The notes under the pieces: generated by a model | What the model was told of the DNA's origin: nothing | The model's database searches: none | What the model saw: the letters and a program-made list of their open reading frames with translations, nothing else | Assembly: GCA_964016885.1 (NCBI GenBank) | Contig: OZ024741.1 | Span: 71,796,001-71,860,000, forward strand | Origin: Eledone cirrhosa | Taxonomy: Eukaryota | Length of the DNA stretch: 64,000 nucleotides | Direction of reading: 5' to 3' | Shown: piece by piece, positions 1-14,364 of the stretch | How positions within the stretch are numbered: position 1 is the stretch's first letter | Layout: every line of letters begins with the position of its first letter | Made by a program: the position numbers and the translations under genes

Positions 1-1794
1 TGCTATATTAATAGTACAAAATATACATATAACTATAATACTTGCTTAAAGGTGTATGTTTATTTCTAGGTGATAAGGCACAAAGAAGTACCAAGCTTTA
101 TGCATAATTATCAACCTGTCTTGCTAGAAAATTTAACCCTTTTGTTACCATATTTCTAATGAAACACACTGTATAGTTATTGATGAATTTTGAAGAATTT
201 ACTAAAATTATTGCTTCACCATTAAGATAGTATTTGTAACATAACAAAGGTGAAATTATGTTGGAAGTTTTTAATTTAAATAGAAATCTTTTAAAATGAA
301 TTAAAGGTGGTTTTGAGTGGGTTGCTGTCAAAAGGATTAATATCTGAAATATTTCTTCTGCTTTATTTACATGCAGGGTTGGCTTCAGTTATTGTTTTAA
401 TCCGAGATTTTCTTCATTAAGTTGACTTATGATCAATTGGAGACCATTCTATATTTTATTCAAATATACTGTATATATATATATAGGTGGTAAATTGGCA
501 GTCATTAGAATATTGGGTTAACCTGCTTGATACCAACCCTCTCTAAACTGCCTGTAGTTCTATAAAACCAAATTACCCATTGTAAAGGTTATTTTATATA
601 ACAACCATATGTTTAGTTATCTTAGTAATGAAATAGTTACTAATTTTAGTAAATTTCTCAAAATTCTTCATTAAAGAATTGAAATAGAAAGTATTTTATT
701 AGAAATATCGTCATGTAAGGGCTGATTGTTCAGTGGCATTAGTTCCACCTCTCTGCATTTTGAGTTCAAATCCTGTCATGGTTAATTTTACTTTTCATCC
801 TTCCAATGTTGATAAAGTACCAATCAGTGTTTTCATGAGTGTTCGACCATGGAACAGCCTGCTCATAGAATATTGATGTTCAAGTGACTAATTATTCTAT
901 AGACCTATGTACCCTGAACATAATTCTCAGGAAGATTCAGTGTGATACAGTGTATGACAAAGCTGACCCTTCGAATTACAGGTACAGTCCATCTGAGGGG
1001 CTTTCAAGCAGTGTCTGTCTACCCAGTTTCACTGACAAGACTTGGATTAACCCAAGTCTATGGTAAATGATACTTGACCAATTCATAGTAGTGGGTTGGT
1101 GGAATTGTTAGTGTTGAACATGATGCTCAGAAATAGTACTTTTGTCCCTTTGCCTACAATGACGCTGGTATTGAACTATATCAGCCCATGCCTTTTTCCT
1201 GGACAACATCAGTGATGTAGAGAAGAGGAGAATTGCATTCATGGGTGATAAAATCCAAAATTAAGTTGTGAAGCAAACCTCTTCACCACACAGCCATGTT
1301 TACATTTATATTTTATGTAGAGTTTATATAAATCAAAATTATGTATGATTGCATTGCTAAATTCAATTAGCTTTGGGTGCTTTTCATGGTGTATATTTTG
1401 TTGGGAGCATTTGGGCCAAGGCTCTAATCTGAGAGTACTTTACTACATCTTCACATATGTGACAAAGTGTCATGGACTCTGTCCTTATTTCTCTCACTTA
1501 GTTATAAAGTTAGTCTTTCTCAAACCAAGAGGCTCATCAGGTCAGAGCCTATCTTGGTCTCGTGTGATGCTAACTTTGGATTTATGATACAAAATGGCTC
1601 ATTTGAAAATGCCTATCCTTATATTAAAATCTTCCATTGTAATTTTATTTTAGAAATTTTTTCTTAGATAACATTCCAAGCATCAGCTTACTTATAAAAA
1701 AAAAAATGTAGTTATTTTATTAAATTCCTCCAATATCTTTCATTAAAAATATGGTAACGAAATGATTGAAGTTATGAAGTCAAAGTGTTTCTCA

Positions 1795-2881
1795 GATCCT
1801 GAACACTATAGATCTTGCTTGCAGTCTGACCTGGACACAATGCAACAATGGATCTCAGACTGGTAACTCAAGCTAGTTGTGGACAAGTGCACCATCATGC
1901 ATTTTGGGAGTAAAAACCCAGCGTCCACATACTCCCTCCACAGCACTAATATCAAGAAGTCTTCTTGTGAACGTGACCTGGGCATTACGGTCAGCAGCGA
2001 TTTGCGTTGGACGAAGCACATCTCTAAAATTGTCAAGAGGGCCGAGGGTGTCTTAGCATCACTCAGCAAGACCTTTGTCAGCCGCTCTCCAGATATCTAT
2101 TTAAGGCTGTACATGGCTATGGTGCGACCACACTTAGAATTTGCATCACCAGTCTGGAACCCCTATCTTGCTCAGAACATTGACCGCCTGGAAACTTTTC
2201 AGAGACATGCAACCAAGCGAATACCCTCCATCAGGCATCTACCATACTCTGAGCGCCTTGCTTCCATGGGCATGGATACATTGAAGCTCCGACGCCTGGC
2301 AACTGACTTGGTAAACACCCACAAAATTGTTAACCATATTGCCAACAACAACCCTGAGTACCTTTTTGATTTCCATGTGTCTAACACACGTGGACATGCC
2401 CACAAAGTAAGAAAACAGCACAGTTCTCATGACTTTCGGAAACATTTTTTCACGCTCAGAGTTGCTGAAGCATGGAACAAACTACCTGCATCAGTTGTTA
2501 GCTGTCAAGACACTGCATCCTTTAAGGCCTCCATGCTTCCCGAGATCCACCAACACTACAGCTAACACATACACACATGTACTTCCCTGACATTTGTGTA
2601 TTATTCTAGGCGGTGGATTGGCAGTATCGGTAGAGGATCGGATGCCATGCTTTGAAGCATAGAGTTACCTCCCTGTATGATCTGAGTTCAAATCCCGCCG
2701 AGGTTAACTTTGCCTTTCATCCTTCCGGGGTCGATAGAATAAAGTACCAGTAATGCATTGGGTAATTGCTGGCCTTGTGCCTAAAGTAGAAACAATTATT
2801 CTATGTACTATACATACACCTTTGACGAGTTGTGTGCACCTGAGCACTTTACACAATAATTTCATTATTATTATTATTATT
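1795..2881 (+). mobile_element. 5'-truncated CR1/L2-type LINE 3' end, interrupted by a SINE
   Basis: ORF 1879-2565 contains KCxIMHFG, ERDLGI, LYxAMVRPHLEFASPVWNP, TRGH and FFTLRVAEAWNKLP; (att)n tail at ~2865-2881. Confidence 0.9.
2609..2803 (+). mobile_element. tRNA-derived SINE with Meta-SINE-like core
   Basis: A/B-box-like head (gagttcaaatccc), core tttgcctttcatccttccggggtcgata, TSD attattcta (2600-2608 and 2795-2803). Related copies at ~3840-4000(-), 4925-5130(+), 46790-46900(-), 57575-57750(+), 59570-59760(+) and 63500-63700(-). Confidence 0.85.
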
Positions 2882-5520
2882 AAAATCTAGAGGCTCATCA
2901 GGTCAAAGCTTATGTTGGTTCCATGTGGCGTTAACCATTTTGATGCAAACTGCCTGAAATCACTCGTAGTTCTACAATACAAAACTGTTTTTTTTAAAGT
3001 TTTCTATTTATCTAAAGACTTTTCGTCATAATTTTTTGTAAGAAACTTTATGTTCCTAATATTACTTTAATAATGAGAAAGTTATATTACTAAATCCTTA
3101 TAAATTCTTGATTATTTGAAAAGTATACACAGTGTTTCTCATTAGAAATATAGTAATGAATGGGTTTGGTGAATGATGATGCTGGCACTAATTTTTTTTT
3201 AGCTGAATGAATTGGAGCAGTGAGGTGCTTTGCACCATACAGTGCCTTGTTTGTGAGGAAAATAGAGGAAAGAGATGACCAAGAAATACATGGCAAAGTA
3301 TGGCAGCAGAGGAAATGAAAGCCAGGTGGGGAGGGGGGTGCAGCTGATTGGGCAAAATGAAGAAGCTTGTCATGTTGCTGCTCCCTCAAGGCCTTAAAAC
3401 ACTTGTATGACAACAATAAAATATATGTGTATATGCATAAGGAGTGAGGCAACACAGGGAGTTAGATGTGTCTTTAATTTTACTATGCTTACAGCTCAAA
3501 TTACTAATTTCAACAGCTTGGCTCTTTGGTCACTGGATCAATCAATCAGTTAATTGATTGATCAGTTATGGATTCATCATTAGCATACCAAACTTACACA
3601 ATTGTAACACTATTACTAGTACTACTGCTGCTATTACTACTACTATTACTACTAAAATAATTGTTTCTACATTTGGCACATTTAAAGGGAAGAGGTAAGT
3701 TGATTAAATTGGCTGCAGTGTGTTACTGGTGCTTTATTTTATCAAATCCCAAAGCTAACCTCGGCAGGATTTCAATTCAGAACATAAAGGGCTTTAATTG
3801 AGTTCAAGTAATAATAATAGTAGTAATAATAATAGTTTCTGATCTCGGCACAAGGCCAACAATTTTAGGGGAGGGGAAAATTGATTAAATCAACCCCAGT
3901 ACATTACTGGTGCTTTATTTTATCGACCCCGTAAGGTTGAAATGTAAAGCTAACCTCGGCGGGATTTGAACTCAGAAAGTAAAGGACCGTAATATAATTG
4001 CAAACAACTCCTGTATTAGATTTTTCCACCTTCGATCTTGTTGTCATTGATATATATTAATTACATATCTAGCTATATTTAATTGGTGTAATCCTTTCTC
4101 ATTACTTTCTCCATATCTGAATACAACACACACACGCATATGTATATACATGTTTGTAGGTGTGTATAACTATTTCTCTCTTTCTCTCTCGCAATTATAT
4201 ATGCATGTGGTTGCACGTATATAGAACTATCGTTCACTCTCTCTCTACACACACAGAACTGTATATGTATAGAACCCCCCCTCTCTCACACAACTATATA
4301 TACATGTGTGTATACAGACCTGCTCTCTATACAGATTCACAAGTAAATAAATGTATGTTTTGTGTGTGTATAGAACTCCCTCTTTCTGTATACAATCACA
4401 CAACTTCATATTCATCTGTATTATAGAGACCACTTAAGTGTCTTTATATACACATTTACAACTAAATATATACATCTGTAGCAAGTTTATACCAGTTTGT
4501 ACATGTCTAAACATTGTAAGTAAACTTTATTACACATGAGACAGAACACTCACAGGTAGATTTAAAACCGAAATACAAAACCAGCAACATTGTCTTTGAT
4601 CTGCCCACCCAATTGTTTTATATTGTTGTACAACCAGACTAAATATTATTATAACTACCAACAAATACTTTAACTACAAACACTAATATTTTTATAATTA
4701 CCAATAAACAATGTTAACTATTATTATAGTTACTAGTAATCTTTACTAACTATTATTATAGCTGCCAATAACTAACAAATATTACCAACCTATCCAAAAC
4801 TGGCTCTGGTTCTATGAAACAAAACCATGCATTTTAAATGGTCCCTATTTGAATTAAAATCTTTCAACAATTTTATATATGAACCATCAATGACCATTAC
4901 TAACTATTATTATAGCTGCCGATAAGGTCAGTGGAGCGGCAGAATCATTAGAACATCAGACAACTTACTTTGCAGCATATAGTTATGGTCCTTTATGTTC
5001 AAATCCCGCTAAGGTTAGATTTGCTTTTCATCCTCATGGGGTTGATAAAATAAAGTACCAGTAATGCACTGTAATTGAATTTCCCGTTCCCTTCAAATTG
5101 CTGGCCTTGTTCCTAAAGTAGAAACAATTATTACAGCTGCCAATAACCAATAACTAATAATACCAATCCAGCCAGAATTAGCTGTTGTTCTATGACTCGA
5201 AACCACATTTTAATGGGTTCCTATTTAAATTAAAATCTTCTGACAATTTATATATGAACCATATGTTATGTTACTATCTTAATAATGAAATAATTAATAA
5301 TTTATGTAAATCTCTGAAAATTATTTATTGATTAATTAAAATAGTGTATTTCATTAGAAATACAGTCACAAAGGTGTTAATTAGAACATTGAGTCAATGT
5401 ATTGGAAACAAAGTTAACAAGTTATTATATAAACAAAAAAAATTCTAATGGAAGCTCTTAACCCTTTTCATACCAAACCACCTAAAGCTACCTTTGATTC
5501 TAGATTAGAAGCTGGATATT

Positions 5521-5746
5521 TTAACCCTTTAGCATTTAAACCGGCAATATCCGGCCAAAGTTTTCTCTCTCTTTCTGTTCAAACTGGTCATAACTAACCA
5601 CTGATACTGATGTTAAGGTATTGTTCTCAAAATAAATATCAAAATCTCATAGATTCAAAATTATGTGAGATAATTATGTAAGATAAAGCCTTTTCTGTGA
5701 AAATACAAATGTAAATATAGAGTAATGTGCATGCTAAATTGGTTAA
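5521..5746. mobile_element. piggyBac-like MITE (TTAA|CCCTTTAGCAT termini)
   Basis: TTAA flanks and degenerate TIRs. A reverse-oriented copy lies at 6210-6435, with others at 48107-48310 and ~50260-50525. Confidence 0.65.
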
Positions 5747-6988
5747 AGTGTTTATGATTATTTAAAAACTTTTCATCATAATTCTATGTAAGAACATTTA
5801 TGTTCCAGTTATCAACTAAATAGAAAGTTTTACTACTAAATACTTCCAAATTCTTAATTATCATTAAAAAAATTATTTGAATACCATAAGCATTTATATA
5901 TGAACACTTTGGAACACTGCATTCTGTATCAAAGAGCTTGAGGTGGTCTTATGTGAGCGGTTTTTCCATACACTCAGTTGTTGCTCAGAAGACCACTTAA
6001 CAATAACCTGTCTCTTTGTATAGTTCTTTAAAAATAGTGACCTCTGGGTGTGACAAGTGTAAGGACAACAAGGAAATCCTATTACGAAAGATAGACTAAT
6101 TTCTGTTTCTATCCTCATGTTCTATATATTTCTATATCTACCCTCATGCCATACATACCTGACTGTGTTGGTTGATTTATTACTGTGTTGTTTATGCTGA
6201 CCTTAGCATTTAACCCTTCAGTATTCATATTACTCTATATACACTATTGTATTTTCAAGGTAAAGGCTTTATCTTACATAATTATCTCACATAATATCGA
6301 ATCTATGAGATTTTGATATTATTTATTTTGAGAACAATACCTTAACATCAGTATGAGTGGCCAGTTAAGGCTGGTTTGAACAGAAAGTGGTGAAAGAATT
6401 CTGGCCGGATACGGCCAGTTTAAATGCTAAAGGTAGGTTTTGTTTTGGAGGGAATATTTGATCCCCACAATAATGGTTTCCATAAACAAAAATAGAATAT
6501 CAGTACTTGATTGGTATTTTATCAACCGAAGAAGGATGAATGTCAAAATTGACCTCGACGTGATTTGAAATCAGAATATAAAGAGCTGTAACAATTCCTA
6601 CAGGGTATTTGTTTCGATATTCTAATGATTTTGTCATTCCACTACAATAATAGTAAATGAAGGGAACTCTAAACTTCACATTGCTTCTATTGTAGTTATT
6701 TTTTTCTGGCTTTCTAATTTAACAAAATATATACAAAACTTTAATAAATAAGTATTTTCTTTTTTGTTTTTTGTATGCTTTTAATTTTTTCCGTGTATTT
6801 TATCTTTTTATTTATTTTTTGTTAATCGTTTTAATTAGTTTTGTTGATTTCATCTGTATTTATGTTTGATTTTATATTTGTTGTCTGAATTATGAAGAGA
6901 CATTTAACTAGCATATTATTTAACTAACATACTATGATATATTATTGATTTATTTAATTGACATACTATGAGATTATTTAACTGATAT

Positions 6989-9565
6989 ATCATCATCATC
7001 GTTTTTAAGTCCGCTTTTCAATGGTTGCATGGGTTGGACAGGTCCTTCGCAGCATAGTATCTCTCCACTTGTCGTGTTCCTTTGTCATCTCCTCTGCCAT
7101 TCTTAGCGTCTTCTCTCCAGCACACCACCTTAAACTCAGCTTCTTCCTCAGCTTGTCCAAGCTCTGCCTTTCTCTCATACTTACATTGCACATCCAACGA
7201 AGCATGGTTGCTTCATTTCTCTCCAGTTTACACGTCTTCTGCAGTCACAGCCCATGTTTCACTACCATGCAGCATCACACTCCGCACACAGGTGTCATAC
7301 AGCCTTCCTTTTGTATGTAGGGAGAAACCTTTTGTTTTCAACAGTGGGAGTAGTTCTCTAAACTTCTTCCATCTCATTCTAGCTATTATACTCTTGGCGC
7401 ACCTTCTTCCGCTGCTAATTAGGTCATCTAGATAGCAGAAGCAATCAACCATGTCTATGGATCCTTCCTATCACTGGAAAAAGTTTGGCACGCTTCCTCT
7501 CAATTTCTCCTGTGCATCGTCTACATGCAAAGTTATCCCTTCCTGTTAGTCTACTCATTATCCCACTACATCTTTTGGGTACTCAAGATTTACACTGTGT
7601 ACATTATATAGAGGTTATGCATACTCCTTTTCTACATTTTGATCACGGCCACTTCCCTGAAGGAATCTAGATCCTATCTTCTTTCCTCACTAGCACTTTA
7701 GTTTTGGCAATATTTGCTCTCAGACCTTTTGATTCCAAATTCAGTTTCCATAATCGGAATTTATTTTCTAGTTCTTTTTTGGTTTCAGTTATAAGGTTCA
7801 AATCATCTACATAGAGAAGTTGTCATGGGCAACCTGTTTTAAACTCCTCTATTATGGCCTGAAGAACTATGATGAACAGCAGTGAGTTAAGAACTGAACC
7901 CTGATGACCTCCCACCTGTACCTTGAATTCCTCGCTAAACTCATTTCCTACTAATCCACACTATGTACAGCTCTTCTGTACATAGCTTGCACTGCTCTCA
8001 CAAGCCATTCTCCTACACCTAATTTCCTTAAAGACCACCAGATAATAGTTCTAGGTATTCTAGGACCACCAGATAATAGATCGAGGTATTCTGTCAAACA
8101 CCCTTTCTAGATCAATAAAAGCTAAATATAGCAGCTTATTCTTGGCTAGGAACTTATCTTGTAGTTGCCTCACTAAGAAGAAGGCATCTGTAGTACTTTT
8201 CCTAGACATGAAACCAAACTGCATCTCATCTAATTTGACTCTTTCTCTAATTAGCTGTGCTAGAACACTTTCTGTCACTTTCATAACTTGGTTCATTAAT
8301 TTTATTCCTCTATCCTTTATAAGGCATCACTGTTGCCCTTGTAGGAATTTACAATTGCACTGCTGTGCCAGTCATTGGGTATGACACCATCCTGTATTGC
8401 CAGGTTGACTATGCAGGTTACTAGTTCAGCTCCAATTTCTCTACATTCATCAATCTCTCATAGTAACATTTCCAGGCCTCTTTCTTTTGGGCATCAGTGG
8501 TGCTTAGTGCACCAGCGTAATTTCTAACAACAACATCTTGATTCACACTAACACACTGCCTTGCAATATGGAACACTTCATGTCTCAAGACATTGGCAAA
8601 TTTACTTTCTTCAGCCTCTATTCAAGCTGTGTATATGTGTCGCCTAGCTTTTTTCTTAGCTACTTGGTACCAGTTTCTGCTTCCCCCAGTTTTCCAGTTT
8701 TTCCATTCCTGTCTCTTGGCTTTGATGGCTGTATTTACTGTGCTGTTCCACCACCAGGTCACCCTCTGTCTGGCTGGCATTTTACTCTAGCCGCAAGTCT
8801 TGCCAGTAGTTCGCAAAAGGTTGTCATATAAGAATTTCCAGTTGTCCTCTACATTATATGTATCTAGCTAATCATCTCTGTCATAAAGTGCATCCCTAAG
8901 GCCTTTCTAAATCTGTATTTAACCGACAGGTCCTTTAGCTTCCACACCTTCCATCTATATTTTCCTGTGTGTCTTGTTCTGTCTTTTGATTATTTTGATG
9001 CCACTAATATAACTAAATTGTGCTGGGCAGTGCATTCTTCCCCAGGGAAGACCTCAGTATGTATTACAGTCCATTTGTTTTGTTGTCTAACAAGTAAGTA
9101 ATCTAATTTGGCTTGTGTGTTCGCCTGATTGATATGGCTGGCTGGTTTCCTGAAATTTGTGTTGCAAATGGTTAGTTCATTTGCATCACAGAATTCCAGG
9201 AGTCTCAATCCCTCTTCTTTCCTTGAGCCATAACCATAGCTGCCATGAACTCTGCTGAATCCATCCTGGTACTGTCCCACATGTCCATTGAAGTCGCCTG
9301 CCAGGATGATGAAGTCTCTTACATTAATACCTGAAGTTGTCTGTAAAAGTTCCTCATAGAACCTGTCCTTTTGGTCTTAACCCAGTCCTGGCTGCAGAGA
9401 ATAAGTAGATGTAATCGTCACCATTCTATTTCCAACAGTTAATTTAAGCTTGATGATTCTGTCACTTACTCTAACTACTTCTATCACCTTATCTATCCAT
9501 TTCTCAGCTAATAGGATGCCTACACCTCCTACCCCATTGTCATTTCCTACCCAGTAGAGTTTTAT
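6989..9565 (-). mobile_element. Decayed near-full-length RTE LINE (APE + RT + Zn finger relics)
   Basis: Minus ORF fragments 8990-9280 (APE), 8060-8296 (RT), 7228-7452 and 7005-7205; (cat)n tail at the left end. Confidence 0.9.
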
Positions 9566-9751
9566 CTAAGATGAATACGTTTCTCAGCAGGAAAGCTCAA
9601 TGGGTTTTGTCCAGAGCCTACTCCACTTCTAGGAATTATGAAACCTTAAAGTATAAACTGTTTCCTAAACATTATATGCTTTTTATATATATGTACAGAA
9701 TACTGCATTTCTCAAAAAATATATGTATATAGCCATATATCATTAGATTTG

Positions 9752-9790
<39 letters not shown>

Positions 9791-9849
9791 GGTTTCTACT
9801 TTTGGCACAAAAGCAGATTGTATGATACTTGTATACCAACAGCAATGTT

Positions 9850-10655
9850 ACATTGTGTGCAGAGGATCTGTGCAGATTGTAAAGAAACAAAGCTTGCATG
9901 ATCCAATGGATGTGTAATAGTAATATACACAAACAGCAAAGCATAAACGAACTAAGTGAGAAATTAGGTATAAGAGGGATCAGATGCAGTTTACTAGAGA
10001 GGAGATTATGTTGGTATGGTCATGTGGTGCATACGAAGGACAACAGCTGTATAAAAAAGTGAAGGGCTATCAAAATTGATGGAAGCTATGGAGTAGGTAG
10101 ACTCAGAAAGACCTGGGACAAAGTGATAAAAGCTGACCTTGTACACTTGAACTTCTCTAAGACAATGACACAGAATCCAGATTTTTGGCCCTATGCTGTA
10201 AAACAGAAGGTCTGCTTTCCCCTGCGCACGGACTTAAACTCACACTCAGTAGGCACCCCTTAATCCAATATACACCCTACATCCCCACACCCCTCACCCC
10301 TACACCTCCTTTTCACTTCTGCCCACACTGTTATTACTCTGTAAAGTTATGTTGGTACCACAAAACATCCAGCCCACACTGTAAAGTGGTTGTGTAGGTG
10401 TCACGACAAAAAGCACCCAGTCGACACTGTAAAATGGTTGTGTAGGAGACATCCCAAAAAGCACCCAACACACACTGTAAATGTGGTTGGCGATAGGAAG
10501 GGCATTCAGTCTTAGAAAACCAGTCAGAAACAGTCCTATATGAGCAAGACACCGTCACCCGACCAAAATTGCCTCAAATGAGACAAACTCGTCTAACCCA
10601 TGCTAGTGTGAAAGATAGATGTTAAACAACAATGATGATGATGATGATGATGATC
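9850..10655 (+). mobile_element. 5'-truncated RTE 3' fragment
   Basis: Decayed WMCNSN/RLxWYGH coding sequence, 3'UTR repeats and (gat)n tail. Confidence 0.85.
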
Positions 10656-11289
10656 CTCTAAGCATGCCTCATGGTTTCTTATTTGACTTGAACTTTTTAA
10701 CATATTTCATAGAATAGCTGTCACTTCCTCTCACTATGTTATACTGTTTGACTCAACATTTCACCAATTCTTTGGCATTGTGACCTCTTTAGTTTTATTT
10801 ATAAACTTACTTAAGTGTGGCTCTCTGTTCCCATGAAAACATATAGTAATGTCTTCAACCTAAGGTAACCAGTTTGATTTCATAACTGGGTGGCACATTG
10901 TGGTCTTAACATGCTTCATTACATGTGCTTTTTTTATTTTATAGAACTAGAGCTCCCTCATCAAAACACTAGAGAAATGAGGCCAGCTAATTCAAATATA
11001 ATTTTTTCATATTACAATATCAGTCCACTACAGACAAAGGAAAAAGTGAATCAAAAGAATATAAAGCCTTTAGTTGTTTCTTTTTGCTTTGCTCTGTTTT
11101 AGCTCCTTGTTCTTGCTTTTTCAAACTTCCCTGCTTTTACAAAATGGACTATTATTTCAAACTACTCTTCTCTCTCATGGTCTGTTTCTTCTTCTTACTA
11201 CTATCACAAAATGAACTGTGTCTCTTCACACAATGCTGCCTTCTTTTATAATTATTTCATATGTTGTTGTTGTTCTTCATTCTTTCTAG

Positions 11290-11349
11290 CATGTGAACAT
11301 GATCATGGTGTGAACAAAGCAGGTTTCTATAACCAGACCTATAAATCCT
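11290..11349 (+). CDS. Candidate 60-nt phase-1/phase-1 stem exon of MGAT4 (xCEHDHGVNKAGFYNQTYKS)
   Basis: Pyrimidine tract ttcttcattctttctag and donor T|gtgagt. Only the phase-1 frame is open, and it matches the phase of the 35315 exon. Non-repetitive sequence. Confidence 0.5.
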
Positions 11350-12068
11350 GTGAGTGATTAAACACAACAGCACCACCAACTATTTTATCATTTTGTAATA
11401 TAACTTCACCACCTCACCTAACTGTCTGTGTGAATGTTGTCACATGAAAAATTAATAATAATGATACTTTGAAATAGGTGTGAGAACAATATGAAAAATA
11501 TAGGAAACTTCTTCAAATAACTAAATAATAAAAAATTTATCGGAGAGAGAGCAATGGGCTTTTGTTATATTTATAAAGTCTCTCTCTCTCTACATTAAGC
11601 TGGTGTTTGAAGCATATCTTTACAAAGGTTTTTATATAAAGTTAAGATGGAAAGTTTTCAGATAAATATAAGCACTTTAAAATGAACAGTGTTATACCAT
11701 AGAACCAGTGGTAGTTTTAGCCAGTTGGGTAGTAAAAGGGTTAATTTTGAACAGTGTGAAGTCTTAATTTCCTGAAAACAGAGGTTGAGAATCCATTATC
11801 CAAAAGGCTCAGGACCAAGAGTGTTTCAGATTTTAGATTTGGGGCATTTTGGTGGTGTTATGACAATTTCTAAGAACAAACTAGCACAGACTTAACTGGG
11901 TTAGATAAGCCCTATCTAGGGCAGGCAAATTAATCACCCAAGAGACTTCCTTGCTGCAAATGGAATTTTCCATTTGCTGCAAGTCATCTCAACACTAGAA
12001 AACCTTTTGGATTTTGGAATTTCAGCTAAAGAATTCTTAACACCTGCCTCTGCAACTATAACCCCCCC

Positions 12069-12186
<118 letters not shown>

Positions 12187-12869
12187 TGTTTTGTTGTTAT
12201 TGTACCTGCTTCCCTGTATCTTTACTAATTAACCCTAATTAACCCTACTACAATTAGTGCCAGCTCGTTTATCCAATAATTGGTTCAAATGCTCTGACAC
12301 ATGACATATAAACTAATATCTTAACCCTTACATTTCTTTTGTCTGTCTGTCTATCTCTCTGTCTTTTGCACGACTCCACTTCTTCCTTTTCCTTTTCTCC
12401 ATTTATTTATTTATTTTAATTAATCCTAATTAATTTATTTCACCTTGTTTATTTTTTCTTCTAGAAAATATCACCAGTTCGAAGAGTTTATTTCTAACAT
12501 GTGATCATGCTTAATTTTTTCTTCTTCATTTACGGATCAGTCTATTATTTAAACTCTCCCATAGCTTGCCTTGTTCTTTTTTTATTTTTTTTATATGTTC
12601 GTCTTGTGGGGTGGGGGTGAGGGCTCTCTTAGGGGAAGGGGGTAAGTTGTGGTGGTGGTGGGGTGTTCCAATGAGTTAAATTAGCTGTAATCAATCTGTG
12701 ATGACCCTTTGTTAGTTTGGTTACCAAAATTAGCTGTTTGACCTGCAGGTTGCTACAATCATTAAAAATGAGTGGTTGTTAGGTAGTAACAAGTGCAGTC
12801 TGTCTGACCCTCTTGTTGCATTTGTTTTCAGATGTCTACTTAATTACTACATGTCTATAGTGTCACTGT

Positions 12870-13550
12870 GAAGGCCCCGTGTGGCTCAGTGGTTAAGCTG
12901 ATTGACATGACATTGTAATTTTATGAGTTCGATACCCAATAGTTTGTTATGTCCTGCTTACTTGTTAATTGTGCCACTAAAAAGGTCTGGCATAACTCAG
13001 TGGTTATGGTGTTTTACTTCCTATAGGAATGTTGTGAGTTTGATTCCTGGCACTGTTGTGTCTTCATCATCATTATCCTCATCATTACATTGAATTTTCC
13101 ATGCTGGCATGGGTTTCACTGGACTTTTTGAGGCAATGTTTTCCAACCAGTGCCCCTCCTGTGAAATCATAAGGTTTAGTTGTTAGGGTGTTTGACTTGT
13201 GATTGTCAAGTAATGAGTTTGATTTCCAGCAGAACAGTTGTGTTTTGCTTACTCAAATACTGTATTTTAATAAGCCACAGTGAAGGCATGGTGTGGCTTA
13301 GTGGTTAGGGTGTTCAACTCACAGTCATAAGGTCATGAGTTTAATTCCTAGCTGTACATTGTGTCCTGAGCAAGACAATTTATTTCATGTTGCCCTGTTC
13401 ACTCAGATGGCAAAAATGAGTTGTACCTGTAATTCAAAGAACCAGCCATGGCATATATTATGTCATGTCGAATCTCACTGAGAATTACATTATGAGTACA
13501 AGTGTCTGTCCGAATAACTGGAACATTTGTTGTAACCGATAGAGGTTTAA
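12870..13550 (+). mobile_element. tRNA-derived SINE preceded by three additional tRNA-like heads
   Basis: tggctYagtggtta...gagttYRattcc units at ~12870, 12985, 13170 and 13282. The last continues into a SINE body also seen at 24210, 38130 and 40670. Confidence 0.7.
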
Positions 13551-14130
13551 CAATAATGCCATAGTGTACATCATCAAGCACACAGCTTTATAAGCTTAAA
13601 TATCTTTTATTGTTAGACTCCCATGAAAATGAGGGTTTTCTTCATTTATGGAATGATGATATGTTAGTAAGGAAGGGATGGGCAGTGCCCATGAAACCTT
13701 TCAGCCACCCAAAGAGACTGATGGTTGGGAGGGACCCAGTACGAATATTTACAAATGAGTGGACTTTGCTAAAGGCACCCAAAGGAAAGGTGGTACTATT
13801 AAACCAAACAATGAATTAAATCTACCATCCCTATAGGCCACAGTAGTATTTGAGCTCAAAACGTGCAGAGTTGGGACAGCTACTGCAAGGCATCTCATTT
13901 GACGCTTTAACAAGTCCACCATCCAGGACTGGTACTTTATTTATCAACTTCAAAAGGATGAAAGACATTGTTAACCATGATAGAATTTGAACTCAGAGTG
14001 CAGAGAGCTGGAATTAATTTCCAACGTTCTGATGGCTTCCAATTTTCTGCCTGATCAGATTAACAAGTCTGGGGAAAGATTCTGACTACTTGTCAGTATT
14101 TAAAACATGATCAAGACAAATTATCAGTTT

Positions 14131-14364
14131 TTAACCCTTTCATTGCTATATTTCTAATGAGATACACTGCCTATGATTTTGAAAATAATCAATAATTGGG
14201 AGGAATTTAGTAATATAATTAACTTTCTCATTATTAAGTTGATGTTTTAAGCATAACTTAATAAAGGTTCTTAAATAAAATTATAATGGAAGTTTTTAGA
14301 TAAATATAAACACTTGAAAACAATACAGTTTTGGTTTCAGGTGGTTTGGTATCAAAAGGGTTAA
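14131..14364. mobile_element. Second piggyBac-like MITE family (TTAA|CCCTTT...AAAGGG|TTAA)
   Basis: Clear TTAACCCTTT and AAAGGGTTAA ends; many decayed relatives (e.g. ~134-340, 11600-11745, 36280-36515). Confidence 0.6.

Noticed and set aside
1505-1550. Minus-strand CUGAUGA...GAAA, possible hammerhead (core repeated at ~2890-2905)
   Set aside because: No stem II or III pairing; it is part of a ~45-bp diverged duplication
1345-3455. Short hydrophobic ORFs as the MGAT4 N-terminal TM exon
   Set aside because: No convincing motif or phase-1 donor; the first coding exon was not identified in this window
10370-10500. Regularly spaced direct repeats resembling a CRISPR array
   Set aside because: These are tandem units of the RTE 3'UTR with no unique spacers, in a eukaryotic context with no cas genes
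12870-13360. Functional tRNA genes
   Set aside because: No intact cloverleaf; they match SINE heads
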